A DNA stretch of 60,606 bases from a virus. Its lineage: Duplodnaviria > Caudoviricetes. The DNA lies in the IMG/VR virus record IMGVR_UViG_3300037506_000247, positions 1 through 60,606 of that record; one strand, given 5' to 3'. Shown one piece after another: positions 1 to 9,142 of the stretch. The first letter of the stretch is position 1; each line of letters starts with the position of its first letter. The notes below the pieces were generated by a model. The model ran no database searches, had not been told where the DNA came from, and saw nothing but the letters and a program-made list of their open reading frames with translations. The position numbers and the translations under genes were made by a program.

Positions 1-17
1 GGTACGTCCTCGACCCG
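1..17. repeat. Terminal overlap, identical to 60590-60606 (circular assembly)
   Basis: GGTACGTCCTCGACCCG occurs at both ends. Joining them restores the methylase frame (..FGGSRTYHRLACALEDAGFEIRD..). Confidence 0.95.
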
Positions 18-355
18 CCGAACACCAGCGCCCAGGCTCCGGGCTTCAAGACGCGCAGCACCTGCTCGGCCCAGTCCTGGTGCCACTTCTGCATGGCCTG
101 CCCGCCTTCGGCGAAGTTGCCGTAGCACACGCGGCCGCTCGGAATCGAGCGGCCGGTCTTGCCGGTCCAGCGCTCGCGGATGTCGCCGGTCTTCGCGCCG
201 AGCTTGTCCCACTCCTTCCCCATGAACTCCAATCCGTAGGGCGGATCGGTCACGACGGCGTCCACCGAGTCCCCCGGCAGCGCGGACAACAACTCGACGC
301 AATCGCCCACCAGGAGCTTGCAGTCGCTCGCGCCATCATCTTCGATCTCAGGCAT
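1..355 (-). CDS. DNA N6-adenine/N4-cytosine methylase, 5' part (continues at 60589 to 59619)
   Basis: Hand translation from ATG at 355 gives MPEIEDDGASDCKLLVGDCVELLSALPGDSVDAVVTDPPYGLEFMGKEWD, with the DPPY catalytic motif. GGAG RBS upstream. Missing from the ORF track because it crosses the end. Confidence 0.9.
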   Translation of the reverse strand, partial: MPEIEDDGASDCKLLVGDCVELLSALPGDSVDAVVTDPPYGLEFMGKEWDKLGAKTGDIRERWTGKTGRSIPSGRVCYGNFAEGGQAMQKWHQDWAEQVLRVLKPGAWALVFGGSRTY

Positions 356-475
356 GTCGCTCTCCGCCGGTCAATATACTCGGCGCGAAGCGCCCAGGGA
401 AAGCTCAAAAACGATTCCCCCGGATTCCGGAGTTTTTCTCTGGACACACCGCATTCCATCGTTTACTATATAACG

Positions 476-575
476 TGAGAAATTCTTTTTTTATTTTTAT
501 TTATTTTATTTAGGTAAGAAGGTAAGAAGGTAATTCATACCGGCATTTTTTCGGTTTTCATTTTTGGCGCGGACC
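476..575. other. AT-rich non-coding tract with tandem GGTAAGAA repeats; candidate origin or packaging region
   Basis: Poly-T/TTTA run at 481-511, then GGTAAGAA-GGTAAGAA-GGTAA at 513-533, in an otherwise GC-rich genome. Confidence 0.45.
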
Positions 576-578
576 ATC

Positions 579-776
579 TCAAAAAGGCAAGTCGTCTTCC
601 TCGTCGCGGTTCGCCTTGCCTTGGGCCTTCAGCTCCCGGAACGACGGTAAGCGGTGGGCATCTTCGACGCGCGCAAGCGCCTCGCTCCGCGCGAGTCTGA
701 TTTGCCGTTTGAGCGTTGATGCATTCGACCGCCTCGCCCCGGTACTCGGTGGTTCCTCGCCCTCAACCCACGGCAT
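579..776 (-). CDS. Small protein with SSB-like acidic C-terminal tail (DEEDDLPF)
   Basis: GGAGG RBS, ATG at 776 (MPWVE..), just after the upstream stop at 778. Confidence 0.7.
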   Translation of the reverse strand: MPWVEGEEPPSTGARRSNASTLKRQIRLARSEALARVEDAHRLPSFRELKAQGKANRDEEDDLPF

Positions 777-777
777 G

Positions 778-2499
778 TCAACCTCCGGGTGCTCGCATCG
801 GAGCGGAGTTCGCCAACCATACCTTGACGCGCTGGATAGCGTGGTCGCGCAGGTACGCCTTAGAGAGGTCGATGCCCACCGCCCGCCGGCCAAGCGCGAG
901 GCATGCCAGGGCCGTGGTGCCGCTGCCCACGAACGGGTCGAGGACCGTGCAGGGCGCGAGCGGATGGTCATTCAGGGAGATCGACGGAACGTACTCGCGA
1001 ATCATAACCCGCTCGGTTGAGGCGGTCACTTGCTCTTCCTTGACGAATTGCGGGTTCGTCGTGCCGATGCCGTGCCGGTTGCGGGCCAGCGAGTGGTCGC
1101 GCGAATCATCCTTGCCGTCCCTCTCCGCGCTGGGGTGGATCCGCCGCCTGACTTCGATGCTGATCCATCGGTTGCGAAACTTGCCGTGGCACTCGCAAGT
1201 CGGCTCCCAATCCGTCGTGGTCGTCAATGCCTCGCGATAACCGCGCTGGTGTTGGCCGGTCATGCCGTCCTCCCAGCCGTCGGGCGGGTGTTTTCGTCCG
1301 AAGTTACTCCCGCCGCCGCCTTTGCGCGGTCTTCGATGGACCTCCGTCACTCGCCGCCACGGTGCGCCGCAGTTCGCGCAGCAACCCTTCTCCGAAGTCG
1401 TGGCGAGGATCATCGGCGTGATGAGCTTCTCCGGAAACGTGGCGAAGTGCGCCCCGGCGTAACCGCCTCCTGACGACAGTCGCCACACATCAGTCTTGTT
1501 GCCGGACTGGCGCATGAACTCCTCCAGCTCGTCCGGGCAATTTGCGGCCATCCAATCGAAGAGCGCCCGCTCGTCGTCCACGTTCCACACGTCGCGCTTG
1601 TTAGCTCCGACCTGATTCTCAAACGAATGGAACGTGCTGTCAGCGAATCGGGTACGATACCAGTCCTTGTCTTCTGCGGGTATCAACTCGCTCTTCCTGC
1701 TGGGTACTCCGAAGGAACGCCCAGAATTCCACTCGCCCTTTGACTCTTCCCTGATCGCCTCGGCATCCCAGTAGTATCCCGGCGCCTTGGCAAACACAAA
1801 CACGTGCTCGTGTGACTTCGTGCAGCGGTTGCGCACGCTCTCCGGCATCGGCGAAACTTTTGACCATATGACGTCTTGGCGCAGCACCCATCCATCCGCC
1901 TGGAGCGCTAGCGCCACGCGCCACGGAATGCCCGCGAGGTTGCCGGAAGGAAGAATACCCCGGCCTTTCTCAAGGCCCCGGCCTTGAGCATTGTCGCCGT
2001 ACATGCGATCCACGTCATTCCGACCCGGTGTCGTCCTGGCGTAAGAATCCCCCAAGTTCAGCCACAGCACTCCGTCATCCCTCAACACGCGCTTGACCTC
2101 GCGAAACACTGCGACCATCGAACAAACAAAGCAGCGCCCACATTGCCCCCGTCCTTGCGTGCCACAGTCGGGGGATGGTTCTGCGCCGATCTGGGCATTG
2201 CCGTCGAATGTTCTCCCGGTCCCTCCGCAGATCTCGCAACTCGGGTTCGGCTTTTTCTCACCGACATTCCCACCTCCGGCCAAGCTGGAGGCGGGATCGT
2301 CGCGACCCGACAATTGTGTCGCACAGAAGCACCGCGAGTAGTCGCGCAAGCCCCAGTACGGAGGGCTGGTGACACAGCACTGCGCCGAGCGCTCGGGCAT
2401 CAATCGGAGCTGCTTGCGCACGTCGCCCAGCCACAATTCGACGCGGCCGCAGTCGGTGCGCCAAAACGATCCCACGGCTTCCGTTTCAATCGACGGCAT
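778..2499 (-). CDS. DNA methylase (N6/N4 family, SPPY, probably N4-cytosine)
   Basis: VTSPPYWGLRDY, WLNLGDSY, HFATFP and LDPFVGSGTT motifs. Start MPSIE. Confidence 0.92.
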   Translation of the reverse strand: MPSIETEAVGSFWRTDCGRVELWLGDVRKQLRLMPERSAQCCVTSPPYWGLRDYSRCFCATQLSGRDDPASSLAGGGNVGEKKPNPSCEICGGTGRTFDGNAQIGAEPSPDCGTQGRGQCGRCFVCSMVAVFREVKRVLRDDGVLWLNLGDSYARTTPGRNDVDRMYGDNAQGRGLEKGRGILPSGNLAGIPWRVALALQADGWVLRQDVIWSKVSPMPESVRNRCTKSHEHVFVFAKAPGYYWDAEAIREESKGEWNSGRSFGVPSRKSELIPAEDKDWYRTRFADSTFHSFENQVGANKRDVWNVDDERALFDWMAANCPDELEEFMRQSGNKTDVWRLSSGGGYAGAHFATFPEKLITPMILATTSEKGCCANCGAPWRRVTEVHRRPRKGGGGSNFGRKHPPDGWEDGMTGQHQRGYREALTTTTDWEPTCECHGKFRNRWISIEVRRRIHPSAERDGKDDSRDHSLARNRHGIGTTNPQFVKEEQVTASTERVMIREYVPSISLNDHPLAPCTVLDPFVGSGTTALACLALGRRAVGIDLSKAYLRDHAIQRVKVWLANSAPMRAPGG

Positions 2500-2854
2500 G
2501 CTTTCCCTTTCTGTACCTATGGTTGGTCGAGGCGGCGCGATCACGCATCGACGCTGGCACTCGCGCTCCCTCGAACTCAGCCAAACCATTCTCGGTGATC
2601 CGGTAGACCATTTCAATTCGGCCCGACACGTCCACTCTCACAGCGTCGACCAGGCCCAGAGCGATCAGTCCGGGGTGCGCCGCTCCCGACGACGACCCCT
2701 CGCGCAGGCCGTTCAAGACGCGCGTCAGAGTGCCCGACACGCCCGTGAACCCGGCCTGCTCGTTCAAGTCTTTTCGGCTCAAAGACTCGCGCCCGTCGAG
2801 CAGGGCGTCCACAAGCGCTTGCAGGACGCGGACTTGCGGCGTGCGCAACTTCAC
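2486..2854 (-). CDS. Winged-helix DNA-binding protein (paralog A)
   Basis: GTG start with GGAG RBS. The LGLV..YRITENG wing pattern is present. Aligns with 2974-3438. Confidence 0.7.
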   Translation of the reverse strand: MKLRTPQVRVLQALVDALLDGRESLSRKDLNEQAGFTGVSGTLTRVLNGLREGSSSGAAHPGLIALGLVDAVRVDVSGRIEMVYRITENGLAEFEGARVPASMRDRAASTNHRYRKGKHAVD

Positions 2855-2887
2855 GGGAAAAATCTCCAGAAAAAGCGCTGATCGTGC

Positions 2888-2917
2888 TTGACAACCCCCC
2901 GCGCTCATTATTATAAT
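2888..2917 (+). promoter_or_regulatory. Sigma70-type promoter TTGACA-N18-TATAAT
   Basis: TTGACA at 2888-2893 and TATAAT at 2912-2917. Confidence 0.8.
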
Positions 2918-2938
2918 AGTTGCGTCAGCGCGACGCAA
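2910..2938 (-). promoter_or_regulatory. Overlapping divergent promoter TTGCGT-N17-TATAAT
   Basis: Minus strand reads TTGCGT (2938-2933), 17 nt, TATAAT (2915-2910). Confidence 0.6.
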
Positions 2939-2939
2939 C
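2919..2939. promoter_or_regulatory. Inverted repeat GTTGCGTC-N5-GACGCAAC, candidate operator
   Basis: Perfect 8-bp arms overlapping the plus-strand start site and the minus-strand -35. Confidence 0.5.
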
Positions 2940-2973
2940 ACCGCGGCGCGGGACGAAAACAGGAGCAAATGTA

Positions 2974-3438
2974 ATGAACGAAACCGATGTCGTCACCACC
3001 GTCGAGGCCCCAGCCGTCAAGCCGGTCAAGACGAGGAAGCCCAAAAAGACGAAATCCAAGCCGGTGGTTGAGCTGCGACTGCCCCAGGTCCGCATCCTGC
3101 GGGCCATTGCCTCGGAGCCGCTGACCCGCGCCGACACTGCCAGGAAAGCCGGGTTCTCCGAGGGATCAGGTACCATGCCGAGGTTCTTGAACGGCTCGAA
3201 GGCCAACGGCGTCAAGAGCATGTTCTCGCTCGGGCTTGTTGAGGACGTGACCGTGGACGTGGCCGGCAAAGAGGAGAGACTGCTCAGAATCACTCCGGCC
3301 GGCAAACGCGCGCTCAGGGCCGAACTCAACGGCTCAACCCGCTTGCCCAAGATGCGCGACCACGACGCCTGTGTCAATCGTCGCTACGGCAAACCCTTGC
3401 GGAAACCTGCCAGTGGGAAGGCCCGCAAGAGCAAGTAG
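2974..3438 (+). CDS. Winged-helix DNA-binding protein (paralog B) with Lys-rich termini
   Basis: AGGAG RBS. LGLVE..LRITPAG wing pattern. Homologous to 2486-2854. Confidence 0.75.
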   Translation: MNETDVVTTVEAPAVKPVKTRKPKKTKSKPVVELRLPQVRILRAIASEPLTRADTARKAGFSEGSGTMPRFLNGSKANGVKSMFSLGLVEDVTVDVAGKEERLLRITPAGKRALRAELNGSTRLPKMRDHDACVNRRYGKPLRKPASGKARKSK

Positions 3439-3463
3439 TACTTGGCTGTCAGAGCAACCCAGC

Positions 3464-3496
3464 GACCCCGGCCTCACCCGCCGGGGTCTTTTGTTT
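3464..3496 (+). terminator. Intrinsic terminator
   Basis: GACCCCGGC-N7-GCCGGGGTC followed by TTTTGTTT. Confidence 0.75.
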
Positions 3497-5468
3497 CCGC
3501 GGTCGCCTCATCCCATAAGGCGCGGAACTTCCTGGTCAAGCGCTGCCGCCGCCCGACCGCCAGCCCACCGACCTTCGGCGGGTCGAACTGCTCGACCACG
3601 CCGATCCGCCGCATGAAGCGGATCAACCGCCCGAACTTTTCCTTGTCCTCGTTGCACCAGATCGCCAGCGTATCGGCCTCCTCCGAGCCGTGAGGCGACC
3701 GCACCAGGAACCGCACCACGTTCATCGTCCGGCCTCGGGCCGTGTCGAGCGCGACCTTTCGGACGATCCTGAGCACCTCGTCGTCAATGGTCCAGCGGTT
3801 CAACACCACTGCCAGGCACGAGGCCAGGCGCGTGAACTGGGCCGCCAACCGAGTAGGGAGCTCGACGGTCTCGTGCTTCTCCTCGCCCCACTTGCCGGGG
3901 TCGGGACGAGCGCGGAGCTTGGCGACCACCTCACCCAGGACCGACATCATCCGCGCCAATGCCAGCCGCTCGTCCACTGACACCTTGCACCGCGCCAACA
4001 GCTCCTCGGCGTTGCGGCGCAGCCAATCGACGTAACCGCCCGTCGCTCGGTAGGCTTTGTCCATCTTCGGACTGACGATCGACTGCGGCGAACAGTTGAC
4101 TTTCTGAGTCACGTTGTCCAACTCGCCCAGGACCACGCGGCGCAGGATGGCTTCGCGCTGGTCTTCAACCGGCTGGTCCACGTAAACCCGCAAGAATCGA
4201 TCTCCCACGCGGCTGTGGTCGTGGTTGAGCATCGCCGGCGTTCCGGCCAGGATCATCGGCATCCGCAGACCGTCATAGCGGTTGTCGGTGTCCTGGTTCT
4301 TGTACGTCGTGACCATGGTGCCGTCGAACATCCGGCGTTGCTGGCTCATCAGCTCCTGAAACTGAGGTAGCGCGGTCAACACGTCTCCCTCCGGGCCGAT
4401 CAATGTCTTGTGGTTGCAGCGCGATATTTTCGAGTAGTCCTTGCCTTCCTCGTTCTTCCAGCCGCTGAAAAACCCTGTTATGATGCCCAGCTCGTCGCAG
4501 GTGTCCGAGCGCAACATGCCCTCACAAAAGCGGGTTTTGCCGCTCCCGGCATCGCCGAGGACGTGGAGGCAAAGCTGTGATTCACCCACCTGATCCGTTG
4601 ACAGCGCCACCGCGAGCATCACCGCCAACACGTCCCCCATCGACTGCCGCCACTCCATCGCTTCCCGCCACCAGTCGATCAACTCCTCCCACGACTCGCA
4701 GCGTTCGGTCTTGGACGACGACCGCTGGCCGTCTCGAATGCGCTCGATCGAAGCCACGATGCCGCCGATCTCCGAATCCGGCAGGGGATTGCTCAACCTG
4801 GCGTTGCGGCCGATCACCGCGTTGCGCAGATCGTCGGGCTTGTAGTTGTCGCGCAGCAATCGGGAGCCGTAGAGAAACAGTTCGTCGTTGCGCCTGCCTT
4901 CCGGGATGTCGTCCACCTCCATCGTTTCACCCGCCTTGCCGATCCGCCGCGCGTCGGGCGACCTCAAGATCAGCTGTCGAAGCGCTTCGGGAAGAGGCGC
5001 CGGCGTGATGTCCCAGATCGACAGGCCATCGAGCCACTCGTACACGTTCCCTTCGGGGTGAACCGATGGCGGCACCGTGGACAACGCGCCTCGGTTGCCG
5101 ATGCGGAACTCGATGCCGGCCGCTTCCACCTTGGATTTGTCCGGCAGCCCGGTGGGGCGCTTGAAAAGCCGGTGCAACCCGCGCCGCGACCGCCACGTGG
5201 GGGTCTGCAGCTCCCCCGGAAGACAGAGAGACCGGATCAGCGCCTCACCTTCCGAGTTGTCGCACTCCACGTCCATCACGTCCGATTGGTTCAAGACCAG
5301 CGCCAGGTTCGCGCTGCCGTTGCTCAAGTAAGAGCGCAGGTCGTCCTCACCCACGCGGTGATCGGGCCAGCCCAACGGCGCGGCCCGGCCCCACTGGGGC
5401 ACCACCCACCAACCGGCGGCGTGGAGCTTCAGCGCTTCGTCAAGGACGCTCTCTTCAATTCTTGGCAT
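3474..5468 (-). CDS. Bifunctional primase-polymerase (Prim-Pol + PriCT) fused to P-loop helicase
   Basis: DVECD, RRGLHRLF, VPPSVHPEGNVYEW, IPEGRRNDELF (PriCT) and Walker A GDAGSGKT. Start MPRIE is coupled to the upstream stop. Confidence 0.88.
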   Translation of the reverse strand: MPRIEESVLDEALKLHAAGWWVVPQWGRAAPLGWPDHRVGEDDLRSYLSNGSANLALVLNQSDVMDVECDNSEGEALIRSLCLPGELQTPTWRSRRGLHRLFKRPTGLPDKSKVEAAGIEFRIGNRGALSTVPPSVHPEGNVYEWLDGLSIWDITPAPLPEALRQLILRSPDARRIGKAGETMEVDDIPEGRRNDELFLYGSRLLRDNYKPDDLRNAVIGRNARLSNPLPDSEIGGIVASIERIRDGQRSSSKTERCESWEELIDWWREAMEWRQSMGDVLAVMLAVALSTDQVGESQLCLHVLGDAGSGKTRFCEGMLRSDTCDELGIITGFFSGWKNEEGKDYSKISRCNHKTLIGPEGDVLTALPQFQELMSQQRRMFDGTMVTTYKNQDTDNRYDGLRMPMILAGTPAMLNHDHSRVGDRFLRVYVDQPVEDQREAILRRVVLGELDNVTQKVNCSPQSIVSPKMDKAYRATGGYVDWLRRNAEELLARCKVSVDERLALARMMSVLGEVVAKLRARPDPGKWGEEKHETVELPTRLAAQFTRLASCLAVVLNRWTIDDEVLRIVRKVALDTARGRTMNVVRFLVRSPHGSEEADTLAIWCNEDKEKFGRLIRFMRRIGVVEQFDPPKVGGLAVGRRQRLTRKFRALWDEATAETKDPGG

Positions 5469-6202
5469 CACCTGTCCTTTCGCGTTGGCGGGCGCATGGG
5501 CAGATCGATCTTGACCTTGCCCGCGCGCCGCAATTTGCTCCTGGCGCTCGCGACTTTTCGCGTCGATTCGGCAAACGACGGTCCCTCGGTCGTGTTGTAC
5601 ACACACGCGCGGAAATTCCCCTTCTCGTCATACCATCCGTCCTTTCCCCACGCTCCCTGGCCATCCGAGTACTTGCTGAAAACATCCGGATACAAACCGA
5701 TGCACAGCTGCTGCGCCTCGTCGGCCGTGGCAGCGTTGATGCCGAACTCCTCGCGAACGCAGCGCTTGACGAACTGATCCCACAAGATAGTCGTGATCTC
5801 CAACTTGCCCGGCGGCGGAAACCGAAAGCCGTCATCGACGACCAGGCGCGCCTTCCCGCCGGACTTCTTGCTCGCCTTGGCGTTCTCGCGGATGCACTCG
5901 GCGATGAACTGTGACCACGTCCTTGGCCGCTTGAGGTGGTTGTGTTTGGATTTCTCCCAGTTGCGGCGCAGCTCGCTCACGAGGGCGGCAAACCGTCTGG
6001 AGGTCTCGGCGATTCCCTTCGGTTGCTCGACTCTCGCCCAACCCTGCTTCGTCCGCGCTTCCTTGCTAAAGACGATGGTGATTGACTCCAACTCCTCGTT
6101 GAACGGCCAGCCCATGAACTCAGCCAACTTGCGCGGGTCTTGGTGCATGTCGCGCAGGGTCACGCGCACGGCGACTGGTTGATCCTTTTCGATGACCGGC
6201 AT
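5468..6202 (-). CDS. Hypothetical protein
   Basis: Translationally coupled at both ends. Start MPVIE. Confidence 0.7.
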   Translation of the reverse strand: MPVIEKDQPVAVRVTLRDMHQDPRKLAEFMGWPFNEELESITIVFSKEARTKQGWARVEQPKGIAETSRRFAALVSELRRNWEKSKHNHLKRPRTWSQFIAECIRENAKASKKSGGKARLVVDDGFRFPPPGKLEITTILWDQFVKRCVREEFGINAATADEAQQLCIGLYPDVFSKYSDGQGAWGKDGWYDEKGNFRACVYNTTEGPSFAESTRKVASARSKLRRAGKVKIDLPMRPPTRKDR

Positions 6203-8283
6203 CACGGTCCTCCCAGAACGACAGGCTCACCCCAATTGTTCGGGTGATAAGACACGGAGACCTTCAGCGGCACGCCGATGTCATCTCCGCTTTGCTCCAT
6301 CAGCGCCTTGAGCCGCCGCACCTTGGGCAGGTTCCGCACCCCACCCTTGGGGAAGTCGAAGACAATCTCGTCGTGAACCTGCAGCGTGATGAAGGCATCG
6401 AACGTCGAGGAGCGCCACTCGTTGAGTTGGCGGTTGCACCTGACCATCGCTTTGTTCGTGCACTGCATGGCGGTCCCGCTGACATGGTAATTAAGTGGGA
6501 TCGTCGGGCTGATCCTGCCCCACTCCGAGCGGGAGCATTCTATTCGATATCCACGCCCGAGCTCGCGGTCGGGCATTGTTTCGACGCAGCCGTGCCGCTC
6601 CGCAAACGCGATCCACCGGTCGGCCAACTTGAACAAGTTGGGCAGATTCTCGCGGAGGAGTGCGTAAGCTCCGCGCTTCCTCGCGGTGCGGTCGAAGGTC
6701 TCCTCCTGACAGCCGTAGATCAGTGCGAACCCGGCGTTCTTGCACCACTGATACCACGTGTCCTTGTACTGCTCGGCGAACAGCGGCTTGGCCTTGCCCA
6801 TCTTGCCGGCCAACGGCGCGAACAGGTCAGGGTAGATGATCGAGGCGTTGAGGAGGTGATAGCTGCCGAAAAAAGGCGGGTCGTTCGGCCGCTCAAACAG
6901 TTCGATCATCGCTGGCTCCGGCGCTTCATAGCCGGGGATGCGCAGCTCCAGGTTCTGGTAGTCGATGGCCCACCACTCGCGGGCCGGGGCGGGACCGAAC
7001 AAATAGCGCAGGGTCCCAGATTTGCGCTCCGCTCCCTCGGCTTCTTGCACTTCCTGTTTCGAGACGTTGGCCATGTTGGGATTGGAGAACGACCAACGCA
7101 GATGGTCAGTGCCCGTGGGGTTGGCCGATTGGTGGAGCACACGGCAGCCGCTTCGGCCGGGCAGCGAGTGGCGTCGATAGTTTTCCATGTAAGCCAACTG
7201 CGTACCGAGCTTGCGGCCAGCCAAGAGCGCGGTCACGAACTGAAAGGCGTCGCCGTCGAGCGTGGTTCGGTAGTGTTCCATGGCGTCCTTGTTTAAGGTC
7301 GGTGCAGAGGTCTTGGCCTTGCCGTTGAACACCGGCTCGACCTTCAGACTCTCGAACATGAATCGGCGCAGCGAGTCGTTGGGCGACGCCCCCGCGGGCA
7401 GCACCAAGTCGAACCCCCTCGACTTGGCGATCTTCAGGCACTCCTCGCGGCGGGCGTCGCGCCTGACGCTGAAGTCCCGCGTCAACTCGGCCATGCGCTC
7501 GTCGGAGTAAGTCACGCCGCAGCGCTCAAGCTCGGCCGCGGACTGGGCCACTTCCATGCGGTGCCGGTAAACAGCCCACATGCCTGCCTTGACCTCCCCG
7601 CGCATCGCCTTCCACACCTGTATTGTCACCCCCGAATCGCCGTTGGCGTAGTCGCGCAGGGCCGTCCGCCAAAGGTGGTCTGGGGGGTATCCCAGCTTCT
7701 TGGCCAGCGCTAGAGGCAGCCACGAGTCGAATCTCCAGGGAGATTCGGACTCGACCCCGCGCTCGCTCTTCTTCGAGCCGCCTCTGGCCGAGGGCATGTC
7801 GGGCAGCCCTTCTCTGGCCAGCCGCCACTGGAGCCAGTGCTGGTCTTTCTTCGCCAACGACCGAACCAGCCTTCGAGCCTCGTTGCAGGCCTTCTCGAGC
7901 GCGTCCTCGAGCGGTTGGATGTCAACACCCAAGTACATCAGCGCCGCGGTTGTCAGGTCATGTCGCTGCGCCGAGTGGAGGAGATGCCCGGCGATCAACG
8001 TGTCCTGGCATTTCTCCCACGGCCAGCGATCGACGATGCCGGCCTCGCGCAGCATGGCGGCGTCGAACTTGAGGTTCTGGCCGACGACCTCGTCGGCGGA
8101 CAGGATCGCTTCCCTGACCTCCGCCGCGTCCTCCGGGGGCATCAGCACCCGGCGCGTCAAGGGATCGACCGGCCACTCCCAGAAGCGGATGTCGCCACCT
8201 TCGTCACATATCGTCACGAAGAACGGGCGGGCGCCGTGGTACACATCTACGCCCGTCGTTTCTGTATCCACGCAGATCATCAT
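6202..8283 (-). CDS. polA: Family A DNA polymerase with 3'-5' exonuclease domain
   Basis: ExoI VDTETTG, ExoII QNLKFD, motif A IDYQNLELRI, motif B KNAGFALIYG, motif C LQVHDEIVF. Confidence 0.93.
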   Translation of the reverse strand: MMICVDTETTGVDVYHGARPFFVTICDEGGDIRFWEWPVDPLTRRVLMPPEDAAEVREAILSADEVVGQNLKFDAAMLREAGIVDRWPWEKCQDTLIAGHLLHSAQRHDLTTAALMYLGVDIQPLEDALEKACNEARRLVRSLAKKDQHWLQWRLAREGLPDMPSARGGSKKSERGVESESPWRFDSWLPLALAKKLGYPPDHLWRTALRDYANGDSGVTIQVWKAMRGEVKAGMWAVYRHRMEVAQSAAELERCGVTYSDERMAELTRDFSVRRDARREECLKIAKSRGFDLVLPAGASPNDSLRRFMFESLKVEPVFNGKAKTSAPTLNKDAMEHYRTTLDGDAFQFVTALLAGRKLGTQLAYMENYRRHSLPGRSGCRVLHQSANPTGTDHLRWSFSNPNMANVSKQEVQEAEGAERKSGTLRYLFGPAPAREWWAIDYQNLELRIPGYEAPEPAMIELFERPNDPPFFGSYHLLNASIIYPDLFAPLAGKMGKAKPLFAEQYKDTWYQWCKNAGFALIYGCQEETFDRTARKRGAYALLRENLPNLFKLADRWIAFAERHGCVETMPDRELGRGYRIECSRSEWGRISPTIPLNYHVSGTAMQCTNKAMVRCNRQLNEWRSSTFDAFITLQVHDEIVFDFPKGGVRNLPKVRRLKALMEQSGDDIGVPLKVSVSYHPNNWGEPVVLGGP

Positions 8284-8555
8284 GGATTGGCCTTGATCCA
8301 TTCCTGGACTTCCAACGCGACCTTGAGGTACTCCCGCGACGGATTCATGTTGACTTCCTGCCCCGGTCTGTAGGTTGCCCATATTGCGTTACGCAGGCGC
8401 TTGGGCAGTTTGAACCAGTGCTCCTTACAGCCCCACATCGCCGGAGGCACTTGTCTACCGCAGCCCGGCCAGTGGCAGTGGTGGTCCCTCGTCTGGCCCT
8501 GGCGCTTGACGTAGGCGACCTTGTCAGCCTTGCTCGTCTCCTCGATCTACGGCAT
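8280..8555 (-). pseudogene. Small Cys/His phage protein with in-frame TAG at codon 3
   Basis: Reads MP*IEETSKADKVAYVKRQGQTRDHHCHWPGCGRQVPPAMWGCKEHWFKLP.. to a TGA overlapping the polymerase ATG. GGGGGAG RBS. TAG at 8549-8547. Confidence 0.7.
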
Positions 8556-8566
8556 CGCAGCTCCCC

Positions 8567-9130
8567 CTACTCGTCAAGGTACCCGTGGTGCTTCGCCCAG
8601 GCGTTGAAGTCTTTGTAAATAGGCTTGTGCTTCTTGCCGCCCACCACCATGCGCCACTTGCCCCACGGCGCTATCAGGCCCGGCCTGAGGTTGGGCAGCG
8701 GGCGCTTGTTGAGGCCGGCGGCCCGCAGCACGGACCTGCCGTGGGCCATCACGGTCCGGTACTTGTCGAGGCTAACCTCGCCCTTCTCCAGTAACGCCTT
8801 GAGCCTGCCGTCGTGGATGAAGCAGTGGCAGGCGTGGCAGAGAGGCACGGTCTCGACGTAGACAGCCAGGCCTTTGCGGTAGTCGATCCGGTAGACCTCG
8901 TGGCCTTCCAGCCAACGGTGAAACAGCGCCGAGTTCTTGTGGACGCCGCACACTAGGCAACGCTGGCCCGTGGAAGCGTAGGCCTCGCGCCGGGTCCGGT
9001 CCCACCACTCCTTGCCGAAGATGACCCTAGGCGCGACCCCGTGCAGCGGCTTGGGTACGTTGGGCTGGAGCAGAACCTCCGGCCGCGTCTTGAATGCGAC
9101 CAGGTCCCTCACAGCCTGTAATAATGACAT
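8567..9130 (-). CDS. HNH endonuclease-like protein
   Basis: CLVCG..LEGHE..LCHACHCFIH. Confidence 0.8.
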   Translation of the reverse strand: MSLLQAVRDLVAFKTRPEVLLQPNVPKPLHGVAPRVIFGKEWWDRTRREAYASTGQRCLVCGVHKNSALFHRWLEGHEVYRIDYRKGLAVYVETVPLCHACHCFIHDGRLKALLEKGEVSLDKYRTVMAHGRSVLRAAGLNKRPLPNLRPGLIAPWGKWRMVVGGKKHKPIYKDFNAWAKHHGYLDE

Positions 9131-9142
9131 GATGCTCCCAGG

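Noticed and set aside
1-17. 17-nt end match as a biological terminal repeat or att site
   Set aside because: It lies mid-gene in a methylase that is restored by collapsing the overlap, so it is best explained as an assembly overlap.
6244-7296. Long antisense ORFs (also 23179-24252, 53883-54962, 57925-59073)
   Set aside because: They are shadows of well-supported genes in high-GC DNA, with no motifs or RBS.
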